64,000 nucleotides of DNA. It comes from Kiritimatiellia bacterium. GTDB taxonomy: Bacteria > Verrucomicrobiota > Kiritimatiellia > CAIKKV01. Positions within the stretch are counted from its first letter, which is position 1. The number at the start of each line of letters is the position of its first letter. A program made the translations under genes and the position numbers. The notes under the pieces are model-generated. The model was not told where the DNA came from. It did not search any database and was given only the letters and a program-made list of their open reading frames with translations. Where the stretch lies: NCBI GenBank assembly GCA_046484345.1, contig JAWOJA010000063.1:432-64431 (forward strand), read 5' to 3'. Positions 57,898 through 64,000 of the stretch are shown here, one piece after another.

Positions 57898-58225
57898 ATC
57901 TATGCGATCAACCCGAAACGGTGCTCCCGAAGGAACGCGAGACGGGCCGCCTCTCCGTTTCCTATTTGATCTTGCTCCGGATGGGGCTTGCCTTGCGAAG
58001 GCCCTCTCGGGCTCTCCCGGTGGTCTCTTACACCGCCTTTTCACCCTTACAGCCGGCCTTGCGGCCCGCTGCGGTTTGTTTCTGTGGCGCTGTCCATTCC
58101 TTCCGTTTACCGGAAGGCCTCCCGTCATTACAACAGGACATCCTGCCCTTTGGAGTCCGGACTTTCCTCCCCGGAGCACTCTTGCGAATGCCCCGCAGCG
58201 ACCGAACGCCTTACCCCTCGACAAA
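57898..58225 (-). ncRNA. rnpB: RNase P RNA (bacterial type A), apparently a compact form
   Basis: The reverse complement contains the universally conserved P4 and CR-I to CR-V blocks: GGAGGAAAGUCCGGACUCCAAAGGGCAGGAUG, ACAGAAACAAACCGCAG, AAGGGUGAAAAGGCGGUGUAAGAGACCACC and CCCAUCCGGAGCAAGAUCAAAUAGG. The ends are approximate. The ORFs on the track at 57892-58270 are spurious. Confidence 0.85.
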
Positions 58226-58232
58226 AATCATA

Positions 58233-58922
58233 TCAGGCGTATAACATGCGCCCGCAAAATGTGCAGGTGATAATGTCCGCCCGCTTCCGGGCTTCATGCT
58301 TCTGGTAAGGAGGCAGCGACATGTGGCAACCGCCGCAGACGCCGTCCGTCACCTCCACGAGCGCCTTGTCCTTTTTCTTCGCCATGATCCGCTCGTAAAC
58401 GACCAGCCATCTGGAATCGACCCCTGCGGCCAGCGCCTGGCGCTCCGCTTTCAGGCCGTCTAATTCCTTCTGCAGTTCCGCGATGCGGGCATCCAGGCCC
58501 ATGACATCCTGCTGGACCACGGAATCTTCGCCCTTCAAGTCGTTTTCCTTGGCCTTGACCTCGGCGGCGTGGGCTTCGGCGAGGTCCCAGATGCCGAGTA
58601 TCTGGTCTTCAATCTTGTTGATCTCCAGCTCGACGGCGCGGATCTGCCCCGTCATGGCCTGGTATTCCTTGTTGGACTTCAGGGAACCCTGGTCCGTGAG
58701 GAGCTTCTTGATCTTTTCCCGCCGGCTTTCGATTTCAAGATCGTAGCCCTTTATCCGGGATTGCTGGACTTTGAGCTTGTCGCGGGCTTCCTGAAGCGCC
58801 GTCTTGGAATCGCCCATGCGCGATAACATCTGCTCCTTGCGGGCAGGATTATCACGCAGTTCGCGTTCGATCTGCGAGATTCGGATGTCCCGCTCCTGCA
58901 ATTCCAGCAATTTGTCAATCAT
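58233..58922 (-). CDS. Zinc-ribbon coiled-coil protein (COG1579/DUF164-like)
   Basis: A long coiled coil is followed by a C-terminal CxxC…CxxC ribbon (GVCGGCHMSL…CTFCGRML). Confidence 0.7.
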   Translation of the reverse strand: MIDKLLELQERDIRISQIERELRDNPARKEQMLSRMGDSKTALQEARDKLKVQQSRIKGYDLEIESRREKIKKLLTDQGSLKSNKEYQAMTGQIRAVELEINKIEDQILGIWDLAEAHAAEVKAKENDLKGEDSVVQQDVMGLDARIAELQKELDGLKAERQALAAGVDSRWLVVYERIMAKKKDKALVEVTDGVCGGCHMSLPPYQKHEARKRADIITCTFCGRMLYA

Positions 58923-58992
58923 CGTTTTCCTGACCTCGGGTAGTACAGAGTTAATGACAGTATCACTTCTGGTTTCCAAGGTCAATCCCTGT

Positions 58993-59640
58993 TCACAAAA
59001 AGCCCGCTTCCCCCATCCGCTCCAGCGTCAGCCCGCCGGGTCCGGCGTGTCCGTTTTTTTGCAGAAAAGCGCGCACATATTTGCCCAGCATATCCGATTC
59101 GAGGTTTATCCGGCTACCGGTCTTCAGCCCGTGCAGCGTGGTGTTCGACCAGGTGTGAGGGATCAGGTGCACCTCGAAATCGTCGCCGCTCAGCCGCGCG
59201 ATCGTCAGGCTGACCCCGTTTACAGCAATCGATCCCTTGAGGACCATTCCGGCGATCAATTCCGCGGAAGCCCCGATGTCCAGGACCCAGTCCGCCCCCG
59301 CCCGCCCGACTGACAGCAACTCCCCCACCCCATCCACGTGACCGCTGACAAAGTGGCCGCCCAGCCGTCCGCCGGCCTGGAGGGCCCGCTCGAGGTTGAG
59401 TTCCGCTCCCGGCCGCTTCGCGCCAAGCGTGGTGCGGTCGAGCGTTTCGCGCAGGATGTCGCAGCCAAAACCGTCCGGCAGAATCGACGCCACCGTCAGG
59501 CAGACCCCTTCAACCGCCATGCTTTCCCCGAGCACCAGGGGTTTCTCCCAGGGCGCGCATTTCACCGTCAGGAGCCCGCCTTCCCCGCGTGTCTCCAGCC
59601 GGCTCAATGAGCCCACCTGTTCAATCAATCCGGTGAACAT
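58993..59640 (-). CDS. ribE: Riboflavin synthase alpha subunit
   Basis: MFTGLIEQVG… is followed by two lumazine-binding repeats. Confidence 0.85.
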   Translation of the reverse strand: MFTGLIEQVGSLSRLETRGEGGLLTVKCAPWEKPLVLGESMAVEGVCLTVASILPDGFGCDILRETLDRTTLGAKRPGAELNLERALQAGGRLGGHFVSGHVDGVGELLSVGRAGADWVLDIGASAELIAGMVLKGSIAVNGVSLTIARLSGDDFEVHLIPHTWSNTTLHGLKTGSRINLESDMLGKYVRAFLQKNGHAGPGGLTLERMGEAGFL

Positions 59641-60749
59641 GACAATGCCTCCTTTGGCCGAGCCACCACTTTGAGGTCCGATCCGGCGCGCGCAACTGAC
59701 ATGAAAACAAGCTCCGGCGCGGCGGCCAGGGACCAGCCTGTCCCGCCGAAACCTGGAATCCCGCTTCCGCCCAGCAGGCGGGGGGCGTAATACAGCCAAT
59801 ATTCGTCAACCAGTCCCTCGCGGACGAGGGCTTCGGCCAGTTGTCCCCCGCCCTCGCAGACGACATGCAGAAGCCCCGCCTCCCCCAGGCGCCCCAGCAA
59901 ATCCTTGAGGGAAAAGCCGCCCTTCGCAGATGGCAGGACCCACACGGACGCGCCGTGTGTCGTCCAGGCCCCGCGTTTTTGGTCGGCCCCCCGGGCGGTG
60001 GTGGCCACGATGGTTTGAATCGCCCGCGCGTCGGTCAGCACAGCCGATTCGGGCGGAACCTGGCCGGCGCCATCCACGATCACCCGGAAAACCGGATTGG
60101 GAACGGGCCCCTTCGGCAGCAGGCTGGGATTGTCGGCGAGCACGGTTCGGGCCCCCACGAGGACGGCATCGGCCCGTCGGCGAAGCTGCTGGACCTGGTC
60201 CCGGGCCTTGGCGCCCGTGATCCATTTGGAATGGCCCGCCGCGTCGGCGATGCGCCCGTCGGCGGTCATGGCGAGCTTGAGGGTGAGAAACGGCCGCTTC
60301 GTGAGTATCCATTTTCGGAACGGCTCGATGAGCCGCATGCATTCCGGCCCGAGCACGCCGAGGGCGGCGGGGATGCCGGCCTCTTCCAGGAGCCGGATGC
60401 CGCGCGCGTTGTGCAGGGGATTGGGGTCGCCGGCGCCGGCGACGACGCGCCGGATGCCGGCGCGGATGATCGCCTCGGTGCAGGGAGGCGTGCGGCCCCA
60501 GGTGGAACAGGGCTCGAGCGTCACGTAAAGGGTCCCGCCGCGGGCCGCCGCCCCGGCATCCGTGAGCGCTTCGATTTCGGCGTGGGGCCCGCCGGCTTGG
60601 CGATGCCAGCCGCGCCCGATGACCCGGCCGCCTTTCACGATGACGGCGCCCACCGGCGGATTGGGGCGTGTCCAGCCCTCTCCGCGTTTTCCCAGCCGGA
60701 GGGCTTCCCGCATCCAGCGGCAATCTTCCCGTTCGGCCGACGCGCGCAT
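59625..60749 (-). CDS. ribD: Bifunctional diaminohydroxyphosphoribosylaminopyrimidine deaminase / 5-amino-6-(5-phosphoribosylamino)uracil reductase
   Basis: A CMP/dCMP-type deaminase zinc motif (HAEIEAL…PCSTWGRTPPC) is fused to a C-terminal RibD reductase domain. Confidence 0.85.
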   Translation of the reverse strand: MRASAEREDCRWMREALRLGKRGEGWTRPNPPVGAVIVKGGRVIGRGWHRQAGGPHAEIEALTDAGAAARGGTLYVTLEPCSTWGRTPPCTEAIIRAGIRRVVAGAGDPNPLHNARGIRLLEEAGIPAALGVLGPECMRLIEPFRKWILTKRPFLTLKLAMTADGRIADAAGHSKWITGAKARDQVQQLRRRADAVLVGARTVLADNPSLLPKGPVPNPVFRVIVDGAGQVPPESAVLTDARAIQTIVATTARGADQKRGAWTTHGASVWVLPSAKGGFSLKDLLGRLGEAGLLHVVCEGGGQLAEALVREGLVDEYWLYYAPRLLGGSGIPGFGGTGWSLAAAPELVFMSVARAGSDLKVVARPKEALSCSPD

Positions 60750-61660
60750 CAGGACCCCCCTTCTCCGGCGGACTCCCCGATTCCCAGCAGGGCCTGGACA
60801 TAGTCGGCGGGCGAAAAAGCGACCAAGTCGTTCATACCTTCGCCCAGCCCGGCGAAGCGGATGGCCACGCCCAGCTCCTTGCGCAAGCCCAGCAGGAAGC
60901 CGGCTTTCGACGAGCCGTCCAGCTTGGCCACGATCACACCGGTCAGGGGAATCACCGTGTGAAAATGTTTCACTTGGGACAGCGCGTTGTTGCCCAGGGC
61001 GGCGTCGACCACCATCCAGACCTCATGCGGCGCGCCTGGCAGGCATTTGCCAAGGGTCTTGTGCACTTTCCGCAATTCGTCCATCAGCGGCTGGCGCGTA
61101 TGCATCCGGCCGGCGGTGTCGATCAGCACCAGGTCCAGCTGCCGGGAAAGAGCGGCCTTCACCGCGTCGAACGCCACGGCCGCGGCGTCGGATCCCTGCA
61201 CACCGGAGACGCACTCGCAGCCCACACGTTCGGCCCAGATGCGCAGCTGGTCGGTTCCGGCGGCCCGGAAGGTGTCGGCCGCCGCCAGGAGCACGCGCCG
61301 GCCATTCTGTTTGGCCAGGCTGGCCAGCTTGGCGGCGGTGGTTGTTTTGCCGGAGCCGTTAATGCCCACGAGCAGAACGACGCGGGGCGTTTCGGTGAAG
61401 GTCCAGTCAAAGGCGGCGGTCGGCCCGAGCAGGTCGAGCATCGCCTTTTCGAGCCGGCCGGAAAGGCTGGCCCCGGAGCCGTTGCGGCGCACGTCCTCCA
61501 GCATCTGGGCAGCCAGCCGCGGCGGCACGTCCGCCTTGATAAGCAGTTCCTCAAACTCCTCCAGCGACCGGGAATCGATGCGCGCGGAGCCGACCAGCGA
61601 CCGGAAACCGTCCGCAATCAGCTGCCGGGTTCGGGTCAGCGCCTGGAACCATTTCTTCAC
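60749..61660 (-). CDS. ftsY: Signal recognition particle receptor FtsY (NG domain only, short form)
   Basis: The SRP-GTPase motifs GINGSGKTTT and DTAGR are present, with an N-domain. Confidence 0.85.
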   Translation of the reverse strand: MKKWFQALTRTRQLIADGFRSLVGSARIDSRSLEEFEELLIKADVPPRLAAQMLEDVRRNGSGASLSGRLEKAMLDLLGPTAAFDWTFTETPRVVLLVGINGSGKTTTAAKLASLAKQNGRRVLLAAADTFRAAGTDQLRIWAERVGCECVSGVQGSDAAAVAFDAVKAALSRQLDLVLIDTAGRMHTRQPLMDELRKVHKTLGKCLPGAPHEVWMVVDAALGNNALSQVKHFHTVIPLTGVIVAKLDGSSKAGFLLGLRKELGVAIRFAGLGEGMNDLVAFSPADYVQALLGIGESAGEGGS

Positions 61661-62127
61661 GCGTCCCCCTTCTTGGGGGGCTCGTCCTTGGCCGTCCGCA
61701 GGGGCCGGTCCAGGTCCTTGCTGATACGGTCGAGGATGCCGTTGACGAATTTTCCGGAAATGCCCCCGGAATAATCGCGGGCGATATCAACGGCCTCGTT
61801 GATGGAGACAACCGGCGGAATATCCGTTCGGAAACGCATTTCATAAATGGCGATTCGCAGGATGTTGCGGTCCACTTTCGACATCCGCTTGACGTCCCAG
61901 TTCTCCGCCACCTTGCGCAGGGCGGCGTCAATGGGCTCGAGGTTTTCCAGGACGCCCCAGATGAGCAGCTCCGTGAATTCCTGGCACAGCTTGGATGGCG
62001 GGCTTTCCTGGAGGGACCAGAAATCCTTCAGAGTCTCCTGGATGTCCGAATGTTCGAACTCGATCTCGAAAAGGAACTGAAGCGCGAATTCCCGGGCTTC
62101 GCGCCTCATTTGCATGCGTTCATTCAT
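61657..62127 (-). CDS. nusB: Transcription antitermination factor NusB
   Basis: MQMRREAREFALQFLFEIEF…NWDVKRMSKVDRNILRIAIYEM is NusB. The long N-terminal extension on the track ORF is rejected. The ATG overlaps the ribH stop (ATGA). Confidence 0.85.
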   Translation of the reverse strand: MNERMQMRREAREFALQFLFEIEFEHSDIQETLKDFWSLQESPPSKLCQEFTELLIWGVLENLEPIDAALRKVAENWDVKRMSKVDRNILRIAIYEMRFRTDIPPVVSINEAVDIARDYSGGISGKFVNGILDRISKDLDRPLRTAKDEPPKKGDA

Positions 62128-62585
62128 ATTTGCTTGAACAGGTTGACCATTTCGATCGCGGCCTGGGCCGCGGTCCAGCCCTTGTTTCCCGCCTTCGTGC
62201 CGGCGCGTTCGACCGCCTGCTCGAGGTTTTCCGCCGTGATGACGCCGTTGATCACCGGCACGTTCGTGTCCATGCCGACCTTGATCAAGGAGCGCGAGAC
62301 CTGCGAATTGATCATCTCGGCGTGGCGCGTGGCCCCCTGGATGACGCAGCCGAGCACCACGATGGCCTGGTAGGCGCCCGATTGGGCCATCCTCTGGGCG
62401 GCATAGGGCGCTTCGTTGGCTCCGGGAACCCAGACGACGGTGATATCTCCGTCCGTCACCCCGTGGCGAACCAGACAATCCACGGCCCCTCCCAGCAGTT
62501 GCTTGGTCAGCAGGTCGTTGAAACGGCTGATCACGATGCCGACCTTGATGCCGTTGCCGATGAGGTTTGCTCCGATTTCCTTCAT
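62124..62585 (-). CDS. ribH: 6,7-dimethyl-8-ribityllumazine synthase
   Basis: It has the lumazine synthase fold (VGIVISRFNDLLTKQLL…GAYQAIVVLGCVIQGATRH). Confidence 0.9.
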   Translation of the reverse strand: MKEIGANLIGNGIKVGIVISRFNDLLTKQLLGGAVDCLVRHGVTDGDITVVWVPGANEAPYAAQRMAQSGAYQAIVVLGCVIQGATRHAEMINSQVSRSLIKVGMDTNVPVINGVITAENLEQAVERAGTKAGNKGWTAAQAAIEMVNLFKQI

Positions 62586-62610
62586 GAGTCTGCTCCTGTC
62601 TTCTTGATGC

Positions 62611-63849
62611 TCACAATAAATGGCCCAGTTTGTCTTTTTTGGTTTGAAGATACCGGCTACTGTGCTCGCTGGACTTGGAAATCAGCGGCACGCGTTCGGC
62701 GATTTCCAACCCGTAGCCTTCCAGCCCCACCACTTTGCGCGGGTTGTTGGTGATCAGGCGGATGCGCCGCAGGCCGAGATCGGAGAGAATCTGGGCGCCG
62801 ATGCCGTAGTCCCGCAGGTCGGCCGCAAAGCCGAGCCGCTCATTGGCCTCCACCGTGTCGAGCCCCTGGGTCTGTTGCAGGGCGTAGGCCTGTATCTTGT
62901 TGACCAGCCCGATGCCGCGGCCCTCCTGCCGCATGTAGAGAATGACGCCGACGCCCGCCTTCTCCACCATGCCCATGGCCTCGTGCAGCTGGTCGCCGCA
63001 ATCGCAGCGCAGGGAGCCGAAGACATCGCCGGTCATGCATTCGCTGTGCACGCGCACGAGCGGACAGTCGGCGGCGGCCGGATCGCCCATGACCAGCGCC
63101 AGGTGATGTTCGTTTTCAACGATGGACCGGTAAAGCTTGAGGGTGAAGGCGCCGTAGCGGGTGGGCAGCTGGATCGTCTGGATCTTCTCGACCAGTTTTT
63201 CGCGCTTCTGGCGCCAGGCGATGAGCTGGCGGATGGAGGTCATCCGGAGGCTGTGCTTGCGGGCGTATTCCCGTAGTTCCGGAAAACGGGCCATCTGGCC
63301 GTCGTCCCGCAGGATTTCGCAGATGACGCCCGCCGGCTTCAACCCCGCCAGGCGGGCCAGGTCGACCGCCGCCTCGGTGTGGCCGGCGCGGCGCAGCACC
63401 CCGCCCTCGCGGGCCTGAAGCGGAAACGTGTGGCCCGGGCTGAAGAGGTCGCCTCGAACGGTCTTCTCGTCCATCATCACCTGGATGGTCTTCGCGCGGT
63501 CGGGTGCGCTGATGCCCGTGGTGGTCCCGATTCGGGCATCCACCGTTTCCATGAAGGCCGTGCCGTGCGAATCGCCGTCCCCGGTCCTCGGCATGGGCCC
63601 GATCTGCAGATGGGCCAACCGTTCGCGGGTCATGGCCACGCAGATCAGGCCGCGGCCGTGGGTGACCATAAAATTGATGGAGCCGGCGGTTGCCTTTTCG
63701 GCCGCCATGACCAGGTCGCCTTCGTTTTCCCGGCTCTCGTCGTCCGTGACGATGATCATCTCGCCGCGCCGGATCGCCTCCAGCGCCTCTTGGATCCCGT
63801 CGGAGCCGGCTTCCCCGGTTTCGGCGGCGTTGGCTGTTGTTTCGCTCAT
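62611..63849 (-). CDS. ribBA: Bifunctional 3,4-dihydroxy-2-butanone-4-phosphate synthase / GTP cyclohydrolase II
   Basis: It has a DHBP synthase N-terminal half (…DESRENEGDLVMAA…) and a GCH-II C-terminal half with the zinc Cys cluster (CECMTGDVFGSLRCDCG). I placed the start at MSETTANA. Confidence 0.9.
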   Translation of the reverse strand: MSETTANAAETGEAGSDGIQEALEAIRRGEMIIVTDDESRENEGDLVMAAEKATAGSINFMVTHGRGLICVAMTRERLAHLQIGPMPRTGDGDSHGTAFMETVDARIGTTTGISAPDRAKTIQVMMDEKTVRGDLFSPGHTFPLQAREGGVLRRAGHTEAAVDLARLAGLKPAGVICEILRDDGQMARFPELREYARKHSLRMTSIRQLIAWRQKREKLVEKIQTIQLPTRYGAFTLKLYRSIVENEHHLALVMGDPAAADCPLVRVHSECMTGDVFGSLRCDCGDQLHEAMGMVEKAGVGVILYMRQEGRGIGLVNKIQAYALQQTQGLDTVEANERLGFAADLRDYGIGAQILSDLGLRRIRLITNNPRKVVGLEGYGLEIAERVPLISKSSEHSSRYLQTKKDKLGHLL

Positions 63850-63852
63850 GCT

Positions 63853-64000
63853 CCCCCAAAAAATAAAACCCGAGGACATTCCTGTCTTCGGGTACAACGG
63901 TGCGGTCTCGCGTTGCCGCAAGAGCGCTCTTCTACCATCCAGACTATACTGTCGGCCCCGGAGTTTCACCGGATCTGCCCCGTCGTTCGGAAGGGACTCG
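63853..64000 (-). promoter_or_regulatory. FMN riboswitch (RFN element), 3' half plus terminator. The 5' half lies beyond the window end.
   Basis: In the RNA sense this is GAUCCGGUGAAACUCCGGGGCCGACAGUAUAGUCUGGAUGGUAGAAGAG. It matches the RFN consensus …GAUCUGGUGAGAAGCCAGAGCCGACGGUUAAAGUCCGGAUGGGAGAAGGA almost position for position. Confidence 0.8.
63858..63892 (-). terminator. Rho-independent terminator forming the expression platform of the FMN riboswitch
   Basis: In the RNA sense this is CCCGAAGACAGG-AAU-GUCCUCGGG followed by UUUUAUUUUUU, 8-15 nt before the ribBA ATG. Confidence 0.6.

Noticed and set aside
57892-58270. 110-aa (-) and 122-aa (+) ORFs between the GspC-like and zinc-ribbon genes
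   Set aside because: They coincide exactly with the RNase P RNA gene.
61657-62478. Long N-terminal extension (117 aa) on the nusB ORF
   Set aside because: The extension is Arg/Gly/His-rich low-complexity sequence overlapping ribH in another frame. A Met right at the ribH stop gives a canonical 156-aa NusB.
59806-63859. ORFs in alternative frames or antisense to ribD, ftsY and ribBA (331, 320, 368, 303-frame variants, 247, 218 aa)
   Set aside because: The true genes are identified by strong motifs. These are frame artefacts.

Overview
This 64 kb window is a densely packed, high-GC (about 60-65%) bacterial chromosomal segment. Almost all of it is housekeeping genes, and many neighbours overlap by 1-4 nt (ATGA/GTGA), which suggests translational coupling. 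The gene content points to a PVC-superphylum organism (Verrucomicrobia, Lentisphaerae or Kiritimatiellae-like). The evidence for that is a Chlamydia/Bacteroidetes-type V-ATPase operon (E, DUF2764-like, A, B, D, I, K), a Rho with a Pro/Ala-rich N-terminal extension, and a small protein that I recall as a PVC-restricted 'Minf_1886-like' family. That placement is inference only.

Recognisable coding content:
- A helix-turn-helix protein overlapping a small nucleotidyltransferase at the window start.
- A GIY-YIG gene, tRNA-Lys(CTT) and tRNA-Gly(GCC).
- A LacI-family regulator and a DUF3108-like secreted protein.
- The V-ATPase operon.
- An MBL-fold hydrolase and an RsmB-like methyltransferase.
- coaE-rho-tig-clpP-clpX.
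- panD, then a cdd / purine nucleoside phosphorylase / deoA salvage cluster.
- A long minus-strand block: pyruvate:ferredoxin oxidoreductase, fructose-bisphosphate aldolase, a SAM-dependent methyltransferase, galM, an M16 peptidase, the Minf_1886-like protein, a HIT protein and a small membrane protein.
- A Sel1-repeat protein.
- A lactonase / sugar-phosphate isomerase / HTH-protein module.
- thrC, gpmI, a YkgJ cysteine-cluster protein and RNase R.
- A DUF4143 ATPase.
- Two tandem paralogous lipoproteins followed by a Wzm/Wzt ABC-2 exporter.
- nadC-coaX-manC-ruvX-truA-rpe-lepA-lepB.
- A GspC-like PDZ protein.
- RNase P RNA (rnpB), which the ORF track misses.
- A riboflavin operon (ribBA-ribH-nusB-ftsY-ribD-ribE) headed by an FMN riboswitch; its 5' half runs past the window end.

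Non-coding or degraded elements: a roughly 500 bp intergenic region made of reused GC-rich inverted repeats, and three probable pseudogenes or remnants (GH27/36-like glycosidase, amidohydrolase, DMT transporter).

Many long ORFs on the six-frame track are antisense or out-of-frame artefacts of the high GC content. No CRISPR array, integrase or transposase was seen. I did not find a clear-cut novel multi-gene system; the most unusual candidates are listed in the findings with hedged interest scores.
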